From Tubiluchus corallicola (Eukaryota > Animalia > Priapulida): 64,000 nucleotides of DNA. How positions within the stretch are numbered: the stretch's first letter is position 1; each line of letters starts with the position of its first letter. The translations under genes were made by a program, and so were the position numbers. This document shows positions 48,901-61,300 of the stretch, one piece after another. The notes beneath the pieces were generated by a model. The model had not been told where the DNA came from. It saw nothing but the letters and a program-made list of their open reading frames with translations, and did not search any database. The DNA lies in assembly GCA_030141605.1 (NCBI GenBank), contig JAQGDQ010000553.1, forward strand, positions 80,221 to 144,220, given 5' to 3'.

Positions 48901-51900
48901 AAGCCAGCGAATCAGACATTAAGAAGCAAAAATGTTTAAAGACTGAGACTAAAACATCCCCTAAAAAAAGTTCGCAATCAACATGGCTAAGTACACAGAA
49001 AAAGAAAGAACTTTTAAAGCCTTTACTAGCAGGTTGGCAAAGGGAAGTAGTTTTCAGAAGAGATGACAAAGACTACAAGACAAAAAAGGCAGATGTTTAT
49101 TATACCAGTCCGTCCGGTTCACGGTTTCGATCTGGTGCCAAGGTGCTTCAATACCTAGCGTCACACGACACAGATTTTACAATTGAAAACTTTTGTTTCA
49201 ATAGTGTTGTCATCGGTGCTCCAAATGAAACTAGTAGACATACTTATGAACTGCAAAAAAGACCGCATAAAGTTCTAAAGGTGCAGGGTAACACTGGGGG
49301 TGTAATTGAAGCAGACAGTAAGTGCTTCAAGCCAGAGGTCGGCGAAGTCCCCACTGCTGCTGGAGATGAGTTTATGGCAAAACTGGAATTAAAAGCTGCC
49401 ATAAAAGCGGCAAGTAAATCGAGTAGCAACGGCAATGACTCGCAGCCAGTTGGTGCTGTTGATTCATTCTCATTGGATAAATCAGTAAAGCAAAGTACTG
49501 CATCAACAGACGATAGTAAAGTGGTGCTCCAAAAATCTAGCAAACCACATATAATTTCAAAGGCCAAAAATCCAAAACAGAAAAGTGGATTCCTGCGGCC
49601 AAAGTTGTTAATTAGAGATAAAGCACATTATGAAGCAGTTAAAGCTTCACACGTGTCAACCAAAACTGTTAAGAAGAGTAAAAGTAAATCTCAAAATAAA
49701 GAAGTATCATTTTGCGAGTCAGGTAAAGCTTCACGGCGTTCGCAAAAAAGAACAGATGCTAGCAGCTCACACGGCTTCAGTAGCCAGCATGAAAGTGGTC
49801 TTGTGTTTACCTACCCGAAAGAAGTATTATGCTCACTCAGCTGTCCTGGACAGGAGGGTGTGGCTCCCACACTCCAGTGTGTCGTCTGCCTGTGCCTATT
49901 TCATCCCCAATGTGTGAACTTTCAAGGGATGTGTGCAACTACATTCATGTGCATGAAATGTGTCGGAGAGGTTGCTAAAGGAAGTGTTCTCTCATCTGAA
50001 ATGGAATCACGAATCAGTGTTAGTAATGCCACTTCATCTTTTGGTCATGTTTTTTCTCCTGGCTACCAGCAGGTACTCCCTCCACCGCCGCCACTGAAGC
50101 TTGCTCCGCATTTAGCTTCTAAACACAGAACAATGTCTCAAGGTACTTACTCAGCACATGAGCAGCACGTTGTTCAACCACAGTCCGGATTTTTTATGGA
50201 AAATCAGTCTATACCATATTCACATGGCTTTCAGACTGCAAATTACAGTTTTTCTTCAACATTTAATTTACCGTCGAAAAATTTGGAAGGTAATAAAAAA
50301 GTGCTTGTGGTGGACCAGCATGGCCATTCACTAGGTCACACGATAACAACGGCAGACGGAAGGCTGTTAATACCCACAAAAAAGGGAATGAAGCCACTTC
50401 ATGTTCATAGAATACATAGTGTCACTAGTACATCAGAAAAAGTATATTCGTCAACGGCTCCTGTCAAAATTGCTAAGCAAAAGAAGGAAGGTATTAATCC
50501 CGGTGAATGCTTGTTTCAAAGATTTCATGCTGGCTTTGCTGCTTTACCATTAATATTCAGCTATCTCCCTTATTCAGATTTGGTAAATGCCAGCAGAGTT
50601 TGCCGATTATGGAAATCGGTGATAGATAATCCTTCTGTTTGGAAAACGGGAGTATTTCGCGACTGCGGGTTTGACAACTGGGATCTTGCAGCTCGAAATT
50701 TCATTACATATGGGACACAAAAGTTGGATATGCGAGGACTGAAACTAGACTATAAAAGTGTAAATGAAACATGTACATATTGGGAAACCTTCTTGGACAC
50801 TCTGAGTTCCATGCATTCTTTAGAGTACTTGCATTTTGGCCAAGTGCCTGGTTACGTGATAGAGAAGCTATGCGATGTGAAAGAACTAGCTGCACATCTT
50901 CAAGTCTTAATCGCAGAGTGGATTCAAGATTCTTCTATTAATGAATCTATTTGGAAACGACCGGCCGTTTTTGATATCGGAAAACTTGGAAATCTGACCG
51001 AGTTACGAGAGTTGAAACTACGAGCTGTAGTGGGCATCGTGCTTCCAGATGCCCCTGAAAGTGGTGGGTTTAAAAGACTTTCTGGTTTAAAAAAGTTGCA
51101 AATGCTTTCCATCTCAACGCTTCAGAACATTCCAGAATCTGAATTGGCTTACTTAGCTGACTTGGCACAAGTGAAATCTCTTGAAATCGGAGACTGCCGA
51201 GGGTGGCATAAACAGGCGTATGAATACCTTGGAAAGATGCAGAGTCTCCGCCATCTAAAATTGGAAAAGGGAGGAGGAATACCTGATCCCGGACTGGCTG
51301 ATGCTTTGTCCAATATGTCTTTGCTGGAGCATTTGGAATTGGTTATGTTCACAGTTTCTGATACGCTTGCAGGAGCACTGCACCATCTCAGCCGTTTGCG
51401 GGCACTGACAATATGGCCTGCTGCTGACCAGCTTGAGGTAGTCAATACAAACGTTTTCAATATTGTGTCTTGTTTACCCAAACTTGGAAGGCTAGACTGG
51501 GGTATTTTATCTACTGATAGCAGTCCATGTCAAGTGGATGTTGAAGCAAAGGACAGCACACATGAAGTGGACGGTGAGGCAGAAAAACCCACCAAAACCG
51601 AGGACAGTTCTGTTTCAGGTTTTACTAAAGTGGACAAAATTAGTGATAAGACTTTAAATGGAAACAATGTGAACAAGGATAGCCAGGAAGTCACATTGGG
51701 AAAATCTAGTAATGCCAATGATGGTAATCTACAGAAATCAAGTATTTCTGATGATATTATGGTAGATGGTGTATCTGTTCTTGAACTTGATACAAATGAC
51801 CAAAGCCAACCTAATAATAAAGTGAAAGTTGAGAATGATGGTAAAGAAATCAATGATCTTTCTAAGGATATAGTTGGCACTGATAATATGTGCAATAATG

Positions 51901-52313
51901 TTGCAGACAATACGAATGAATTTGTTGATCAGAAGACACAGAAAGAAACTGTAGCTTCTTTCCAAATTGCTGAAAACCACCTCCAAGACATAACAAACAT
52001 AAACAGTTCCACTCTAACTAAACTCAGAAGCACTCCAAATAAGCGAAAGGCTAAACTTGAAGTGCTACTGGATGAAGAAGAGCAGTTACAGCAACGAATC
52101 ACGGCTGGAGAATTCATCCCCTTTCTTCCAGGCTCACTCTACGTAGATGGAATGAAGGAAGTAACCAAGCGTAGTCTTGAACAAACCAAGTATATGACCA
52201 TAAATCAATTAATGGACAGCCTGTGCATCATTCTGCCTGATACAAAAATACGCATTATACAGGTTCCTAAACTTGATAGCGTTCCACCATCATTGAGTGA
52301 ACGAGTAGATTAA
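45770..52313 (+). CDS. Zinc finger-MBD-PHD-F-box-LRR protein (~1344 aa, 2 exons: 45770-45963 and 48473-52313)
   Basis: Exon 1 ends TGC AG|gtagtt (phase 2); exon 2 begins after ttttatttcag, in frame with the 1268-aa ORF. MBD GWQREVVFRR..ADVYYTSPSGSRFRS (~49010-49200); PHD C4HC3 (~49830-49961); F-box LIFSYLPYSDLVNASRVCRLWK (~50530-50645); LRRs (~50700-51510). Confidence 0.88.
48473..52313 (+). CDS. Main 3.8-kb exon of the MBD-PHD-F-box-LRR gene
   Basis: Uninterrupted ORF with recognisable MBD, PHD, F-box and LRR motifs; strong acceptor at 48472. Confidence 0.92.
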
Positions 52314-55239
52314 ATTAAAACTGATATAAATAGAGCCATTTTCCATTTTGCTTATGCTTACTCTTTAGCCTTTTGTTACCATCCACATATAATGATATCA
52401 AGTTTTCGGCCGATTTCGAGGATCTACCTGCCGTGCATTATAATGGCATTATCACGTGCCCCACCATCTACTTACCTCTTCTATTAATATCAGTCTCACA
52501 CGGACATACATTTTGTAGCTTTTTGTACATTTTATTCTTCCTCCTCCCAAGAACAGGCAACAACATCACTTTCGTTAATTAACGGCAAACCATCAGTGGA
52601 TGCTACTGTCATCTGAGGGAAGGCAATGGCAGCCCCAGTTCACTGAACTCATTCTCACCCACCCATTGTGCAGATTATTCCTCCTCATGGCCGATTACGA
52701 CCAGCCATTCCTTGTTCCGCATTACTGCCAGACGTGCTGGACAAATTGGTTGTTCGTTTAAATTCAACGCTGCCAGAGGAGGAATCTGCTGCTTTTTGAT
52801 GTTGACGACAACACTTTAGGTTTGTCTTTATGGATTTCTGAGATGCATGCTAAACGTATGTTAAAAGCATGAAGTCAGATAACGATATCATGACTGAATC
52901 ACCCATCTACCTTGCATTATAATGGCGTTATAAAGTTCTCTTGCCACTTACGTACCCTAAATTTGTTATTGTCATATGTGAATGGCCACATATCCTTATG
53001 AGAATATTATTTTTATAAGTTGAGCTTTTTTAACATCCGTTGGTCATCATTTGATTCAAACATGGCCACACTATAGAGATTATTTCCCATTTTAATTTTT
53101 AATTTCTTTTTTGGCATTAGTGATAAATTATTTTTATACCAACATAGAACTAGATTATGTGTTAACTTAGATAAAACTGTTCACAAAGTACACTGAGCAC
53201 TTGTCTGTGAACTTGTAGTGATGGTAGAATCCTATAAAATTTCAGTAAACAAACGATTTTAAAAATTCTGTGATGAAACGAAGGGTCAATTACAATGACT
53301 TGAGTTTTTTAAGGCTGCTGCGTTTTCTTTCTTTACAGTATGTCATAGTTTTGAAAGTAAGAGCTTTTCATTTGTATATGTGGTAGTTAAAGGTACATGT
53401 GTTGTAATGTTGTTAAGTGAAAAATATATTGAAAATTGTAAAGTTATATGAAGTTTGACTGAGTGAGTCTGTTTTTAAAGAGTAGAGTAATAGAATTGGA
53501 CCATTATTGTCCTTTTACTGTATTTTAGAAGTGCTTTTGTGTGAAAAAGTCTCAAATGCCACTTATGTAATTATTATAATTACACATAAATGTTTTTCAT
53601 TCACAAATTGTGAAAAGTATCTTAGAAATCATCAAACTGCTTGAGAACCAAAGAGCCATTGAACTCAACTGTTGAACAGTTTATTTGATTAACAAAATTA
53701 CATAATTTACAAACTAACTTTTATTTCAATGAAAGTTTACAGAATTTTTGATGTTTTTTTAATTTAAAGAATTGTCAGTTAAAGAAACTAAAACGGTGGT
53801 TTAAATAAGTGCAAATGCAGCTCGTTAACCTGTATAAGTCGTTTTTGCTCAGTAATACTAATAATGAAATATTTTTATATTACAGCACTAGTACATATTT
53901 TCCAACAAATGTTTGTAACGTTATCATGGCAATAAATGCTTGTAAATACATTGTATAATTATTGTTCTTGGCAAACTGCTTGGTAACTTATTTTAACACT
54001 TTATTTAAAATCGAAGTAGTGTCATGGTGGTGTAATAATTATAACAGCAATATGTCAGTCCTGCTTCGTGGTAAAACCGGCACTAACTCACTAACCTGTT
54101 TAGGTGTAGAGAGAATAGAGAGAAGCCAGCCGTGACGTCACATTCATACTTTTTAAGTTTAAACTACTGGCCTAGTACAGTACATTTTTTTAACAATTAT
54201 AATTATTATTCAGGTGGTGCTTTTAACTTTTGATGATACTGCTATTGGTTCGCGTTGTTGGGTTTTGAAAACGTTAAAAACAAGGTCTTTGGAAAACATT
54301 CCACAGACTTTCGATACCTGTTTTTAAAATAAAAAATTTTCGATGTTTTTATGTATTTCACGAATAATAAAAGGTTATTGTACAGAATTAAGAATACAGG
54401 CTTACAAAATTAAGTTTCATTTGATCAATTCAAACGTTCTAATGCATTGTTTTGAACGTGTTTACTGTCTTGGAAATGTTAAATTGTGTTGACAAGTAAA
54501 GTTAATACTCCAAATAATAGTAATTGTATTTCTAAGGCTTATTAAATTTCTAAGATTAAAATAGCCTGAGATCGACAGCAAACCTACTTAAAAAGCTGTT
54601 TCATCAAATGATATTCTGCGAATAAATATTTAATCAACCGACTAGTTTTAAAAACATTTCGAACCATAAGGGGTGCAGAACAGGGCACTTTACCCCAGAT
54701 ATTAAGTTGACAACGTGAACATCAGTGTGACTGTTACTGAAAAATAAAGTGCGAATATGTAGGTCTAACTCTTCTATGATCTCAGAATAATTGAAAACGC
54801 CAAGTCTAGTTTAACAATCCGTTGCACCAAGTAGGTCGTCGACAAATTTTTTGCTGGTTTTGTTTCTGCATTTTTTAGCAATTCTGATGATATGATCTAC
54901 ACGTAGCTGCACTGACAACCCGGTGTGCAGTTTATAGGCTTCTTATATACATGTATTACATCTTTTACTAATGACGTGCGTTACAGACTTTTTTTATTTA
55001 GATGTGCCACAAAGGTCAACTGTAGTGGTTTCGCTAACCCATTCTGCACAGAAGCAGCGCACGTGAACACATTCGGTGTTGTCAGACATTCTATTACATC
55101 CGGTTAAAAATTTGTAAGCCATTTGTTAAATCATAACAGTCGTGGATTAAGCCGTCAAATTTAAACACATTTTTCCAGCAGCCTGCCAACCAGACTGGTA
55201 CGATCTCGCCGAACAACATCTATTTTGTGGTGCTAACTA

Positions 55240-55392
55240 CTAAGTCACTAAAGATTTTATATCGTCCTCGAACAAAGCAATGATGAGCATGATGAGAACT
55301 CCTAATCCGATTCCGCCCAGTTGACATAGGAGCTGGAAGCATCGATCTCCTACTCGACCAGCTGCTAAATGACCCGTCCGAAGTTCAGGTAA
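55240..55392 (-). CDS. ZIP last coding exon (TM8)
   Basis: [34 protein letters not shown]. Confidence 0.93.
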   Translation of the reverse strand, partial: LPELRTGHLAAGRVGDRCFQLLCQLGGIGLGVLIMLIIALFEDDIKSLVT

Positions 55393-58300
55393 CTGAAAAA
55401 ACAACAAAAAGTTTCAGCTGCAGAAGTGCGTTCACCGTTTGTGCAAAACAACCGGTTATGCGATTATTCAGTTCACCCAGTGAGTTGGTCACATGTACAT
55501 AACTACGAATCAGAAGGTCCTGAATCCCATTTAAATACATAAAATCGATAACTTGGTGATGTATACAGACAAATTGGACAACTGCATGTGCTCCCAATCC
55601 AGTAAACCACTGCTAGTATTGATTTAATTGATATGCATGTAAATGTAAACGCTTTGGCAGCAGAATCACCATTAACTCATCGACTGTATGGCTGTACTAA
55701 ACCAAATTTTTACACAAAATCTGCTACTAAAAGTGATTATTAAAAGTCTTGTCTGATGTTTTGTTTGGAGCACGTAACAAATGTAAAAATCAACTCTTAC
55801 CATATCCACAAAAGAGATATATATGAAAGATCCTGAGGTAACTGCAAAAATCCACATATCTATTGAGCCAATGTTGCCCAGAATAATGCCTATCAGCATC
55901 CCAAAAAAGGAGAGGAACGAAGAGACAACATTGTAAAAGAGAGCTGTCTTGATCGTCATTCCCGTCTTCAACAACATTGCAAAGTCGCCTGTAAAACATT
56001 TCCACGGTTGCTACATGATTTAGTGAGCTAAGGAACTGCTTCTATTTCATCTTTAGGCTTAGGTACCTAGGCCCTAGGGTATACATAGTGCTATACTACA
56101 ATGCAGGTAGTCATTTGTACAAAACGTTTCCAATAATCGAAGATTACTAAAAGGTGAACACGTTGAATTTATAAAGCAAGTTGCGACTTGAACTTGAACT
56201 CAAACCCTCTGAAATAGCGTAGGTCTATCAATAACGTAAAGTGGCGTTTACTTGGCATCGGAATAGCTGCGTATAAAAATCAATAGGAAATAACTGCAGA
56301 AAAGAATAACGCATAACGCAGGTCTGACAAACGGCTGCATTGAAAACAATATAAACCGATTTGATCTATTCCGCATCCACATATCGCATACGCGTTCCGG
56401 ATGTCAGGTAAACGCCAGTTAACACAGTTATTATTATTTTGAACCTAAGGGTCAAGCAACGCCCGCTCTGCAGTATTTAATTATGATTATCTGTAATACT
56501 AGTTTTTACTAATAATTATTTCGTTGAACACAGTATATTAGCTTAAATATAACCATTGTGATTTTCTAAATTAGTATGCAACTTGACAAAGATCTAAACG
56601 TACCTAACTCATGCGGAAGTTCATGACAAAATACGGCAATAGCAGTGCTTATCCCAGCTGCAATATTACTAGTAAAGGCAGCACCTGTTACACAGAAATA
56701 GCCAATTAATAAGAAAATAAAACACTCATGTTAATTACTAATTGTAAGCTTCCAAGCAATTGTAAGCTTCCTAAATTCAGGGACGTAAGGGTGTTCACAT
56801 ACAGGTACTGCGGCGTAGGCGATGATGGTAGGCGCGGTCCGTAGGAAAGCTGAAGCGACTTACAAAATGTTTCCATTGATTATTGTTTTTTGTGCATAAA
56901 GCTAAAGTTGGTGGCCATTCATAATAAGGGTGAAGATACGAATAAGTGTTCACTGCCCAATAAACACAATAAACACTGATAGATCTGATAGAAGGTATCT
57001 GTTGATATTCTTCTTGGACAAAGTGAGATTGTAGTTCAATGGTGGACCAGGCTTCCAAGTACGATGGTAGAGAATTGCATAGGTAGGAAGCCCGAAAAAA
57101 TACTGGATATAGAAACAGCTCTTCTATATCTAGTCATACCCAATAAACTGGATGTTTATATAACATAACAAATTAACAGAATATAACTTATTTTACATCA
57201 TTAATTTTTAGCATAACATTTATTGGTAAAAATAAGAAATAAATCTTTATTCGAACCTAAAATTGCGGATTCGAATAATTCAGCAGTCACTGCATGCGTT
57301 CGTTGTCATTAAAACGTTTGAAACAGCACGTTTGAAGCTGTGATTTCTGTGTACAAGTTTAAAAGAAATTATTTGTGTTTTTACTGCAAAATAAAATTAA
57401 ATAATATGCATGACCTTTGTAAGACCGCTTTTTATTATGATCAGAAAATTTACTCCCAAGTCTTTACAACAGAATCCGAATTTTCGAAATTCGGTTTGAT
57501 TTTAGTTCGAAAGTCTCAAATACGACTCGATTCGAATTCGCTTTCTGGTAGAGAACGCTCACCCCCAAAAATACACAAGTGAAAGTTTAACCAAAATTAA
57601 TTTAGTATCATATTAGTTTAATTTTATTAAATGTTTTACAAAAATGAGGGAAAGCATGTCAATAGTATAAAAACATACAGTTTTGTATACGCCTACCTAT
57701 TGCCAATCCATCACTGAAATTATGCAAACCATCGCCCATGATTACCATTGTAGCCACTGCACTCATTGTTTTTGGAATTCCCTTTTTAAAGCTATGACTG
57801 TGTCCGTGTTGTTCTAGTAAAACAGGTAAAACATACATCAACATGCAGCCTGTGATAACAATAATTATAATAATAATTTCGTTTAGGACATAGTCCGGGA
57901 TAACACATTAAGTAACTCAATACTTATTTTCCAAGGTGGTCCCGATTATTATTAAGCGGCGTTTATGTAACTTGCGAAAGCGGATGCGTTTTCCTTTTTC
58001 TGCAGCTATTTCCTATTGATTTTTTCCGCAGCCTATTCCGTGATATTCCGCGGTGGAAAACGCATCCGCAGTTACATAAACACCATTTAACCCGCATGTA
58101 GCCATGTTACGTGACTTACGTCCATTTGTAAACCAGCGTGCTTGGTAGTGTAGGTTCTACCACTAGGCGAACTATGCAGCTGCCTAACGCGGCAGATTTT
58201 CGGAGGTGCCAATTTCTGAAAGTAACTGGTTGCGTTATTTTCCTGTCAGCGCTAGCAAGTGTTTTCCTTCAGCAAAATACTTTCTATTTTTGCTTTATCT

Positions 58301-61300
58301 GATTTCTTAAGATTACGACAATTCACTTAAAACACTACTGACTGCTAATACTAATTATCATTCCGTTAATAAATAAGTTTCTTACAATAGTGTTTATCTA
58401 ATAATGACTGATAAACCTATCAGAATAGCAGTTTTCAAAAGTGGAATACAGGAAACGAAAAGAAAACAGATGATAATTTTGTTTGCTAAAACGAGCGACG
58501 GTAAATAAATGTTGTGCTTGTCTTTTTCTGCGGAAGGTGTGGTGGAGACCGTGGAGAACGAGACCGTGGGTTGATCGTTCAGCAGGGGGCGCTAAAAATA
58601 TTTCTGCCTAGGACGTCAAACTACCTAAAACCGTCCACTATGTTTGTTCGAAGAACCAGCGGTACTACCATTTTTTAAGTCTTTGGTATTACTTGGCCGA
58701 GAGTTGAACTTGGCTTACAGGAGCTAGGCTCTACATACTTTACTGATCTACGAGCAAAAAATAACTAGAAGATAGCCAATCTTCTGAAGCAAATTGCAAT
58801 GAATTTTCAGGTCTTCCCCGACCTACTTCCTTTTCAAAGTTTGGTGTTTATAGCTTCATTCATTTTGATTTTATAGGCATCTTTTTATCTTCTGACCTTG
58901 ACATTTGATTTTTTTACTCAAAAGCAGTGGGTTTTCAGATCTTTTTCAGACCTATCACTGTGCCGAGCTTGATGACTAGAGATCGATCTATCCGTTTTGA
59001 TTTTATCATGTAGACAAACGCACGCAAGCGCACTAAATGCCCTATCCAACCACACCCCCCGCACTGACTATCATCGGTGATTTTTTTCTTTTATTTTATT
59101 TAAGAACATTTATTTTATAAAAATGCATTTTTACAAAAGAAGATAGCAGCAGGCATGTAGGACTTATGATGGCCATATAAAATAATTTACGATTTACAAT
59201 TTGCTATAATTGTAATATAATTTTTTAGTATTTTATCTAAATATTTTTAATTATACAACGTCTTTGAACATTTTTATTGAAAGAGCTCTTTATAATACAT
59301 TGTTATTACATTATTAAAATCACGGTTATGATTCAAATACATTGTGCGGTAAAATTTTTATCATTAAGCGAAAAAACTTAAGAAACTTATAGGACAAGAA
59401 AAGGAGTACCCGAAGTAGGTTTCAGAAAAATCGCTATGAAAAATTATATTACTTTATAGCAATTTTATGCGTATGTCGTACTCGCGTTGAAAGAATTTTT
59501 TGTTTGTTTTCATTTTCAATCTCCCGCAATACTGTTCCAACCGCCTCACTACCTGACGCACAACGTAAATCAGGGGAAGAAACTGAAATGTTAACCTATG
59601 TCCCAAAAAAACTTTCTAGGCAAAGTTATATTACTTAGGGATTTCGCTTACCTGCTTGAAAAATACTTATGTAACTATTAATGAAAATTATTAATTATTT
59701 AAAATGTTTTCATCAATTGGTAATGTCGTTCACTCGCCTCAAAGGTGCACCACTCACTAACCAAAAAACGTATTTTTAATCTTATTGACAAGATACAGTA
59801 ATTTAAAATTTTACTTAGTTAGTAACGTGCGCGTTACGAATGCTCTGATTAAGTTTTCAAACTTTACTCAGTGATATCTAAACTTGTTTCAAATGACTCA
59901 TCGTCAAAATGGCTGCGTCTAACAGTCATTGCGGGAGTTTAAATTCACATGTTCTATACAGCGTTCCTGCCGACGCAAGCTCTGTATGCAAATGTCAGTA
60001 CGTAAGTAGCATAAAATTTCAAGACGAATTTTTAAGCTTTATGTCAGTGGAGGGATTTCTTGTGCTTTGAATGGACCGAAACTACAGTAAAGAAAAAAAT
60101 AGCTTACATAGAACAATTTTAAAAAATGGCAGTAGCTTAAAAAGTAGCGTGATAATTAACTTCCTTAGAAATAACATAACCTAGATTCGTTGCAGAATGA
60201 AAAGCTGGAAGCTTAATTTTTATTTTAAAAACTTTTTAAAACTGCGTTTACCAGACATCCGGAATGCGTTATGTGCTATTGTGTATCCAACCGTATATAA
60301 ACAACACAGCAGGAATAGCTGCGCAAAAAATAACGCAATAACACAGGTCTCATAAACGTGTGCATTGAAAACAACATAAAGTGATGTTCACGCAGTAACG
60401 TAAACGCATTCCGCATTCCTAGCAAACGCCGCTTAAAGTGGCGTTTATGTAGCATCCGGAATGCGTATGCGTGGTGCGTTATCCACCTGCGCAATAAAAA
60501 AATCAATGGTAAATAGCTGTAGAAAAAAATAACGCATAACGCAGGTCTGATAAACGGGTGCATTGAAAACAATATAAACCGATTTTATCTATTCCTCACC
60601 ATCCAAAACACATGCGCATTTCGGATGCTACATAAACGCCACTTAAGACGTAGAAAAAGATAACTGATAACTAAAAGATAAATATTTATCGTGTTATATT
60701 TACCTTTGGAATTTTGCTTCAAGTTACTACCATTTTGATCAATCATTTCACTCTCTATAACTTGCACTGGCGTATCAGTAACAGCAGTATTTGCAGTGCA
60801 GTTGTCGCTAGTCTTTAATCTAACCATCTCATGGACTTTTTCTTCATGGTCCTTGCAATACTGTAAAAAAGTTCAAAAAATTAAAAAAATGAATTAAATA
60901 AGAAATATTATAATATTCAAAATATTAAAAAATGTAATTACGCGCAATTGTGATTACTTGTGACTATAACCGGGTCATCATTTCTTGACACTTTGTGCAT
61001 TTAAGTAGTATAACTAATTTGTCTTTTCCGTCACATTGTGCATCAAATCTGGCACAGGAAGTGGGCCCAGAATGGCCAGAAATGTAAGGACCCAGAAGTT
61101 CGCCCAGATGAAGAGAGAAAAATTAACAATGCTGTCATAGTTATCTAGCATCATCATTTGGCTATGCAGTTTGCAATTAAATCCGTGATTGCCTGTAACA
61201 CCAAAATTTTAAACAGTTGTTCTTGCACAATGATATATATAATATATGACATACAATTATGATATATATATATATATATATGTGTGTGTAATTAAAGTTT

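Noticed and set aside
48519-52117. Multiple minus-strand ORFs
   Set aside because: Antisense shadows of the MBD-F-box exon.
1-52313. Functional clustering of two chromatin genes (SETD1 and MBD-F-box)
   Set aside because: They are 33 kb apart with an unrelated gene between them; proximity in an animal genome is not evidence without synteny data.
57065-57552. TTCGAA-rich segment flanked by repeated TGGTAGAGAA
   Set aside because: Probably a decayed hAT-like MITE, but I could not define terminal inverted repeats.
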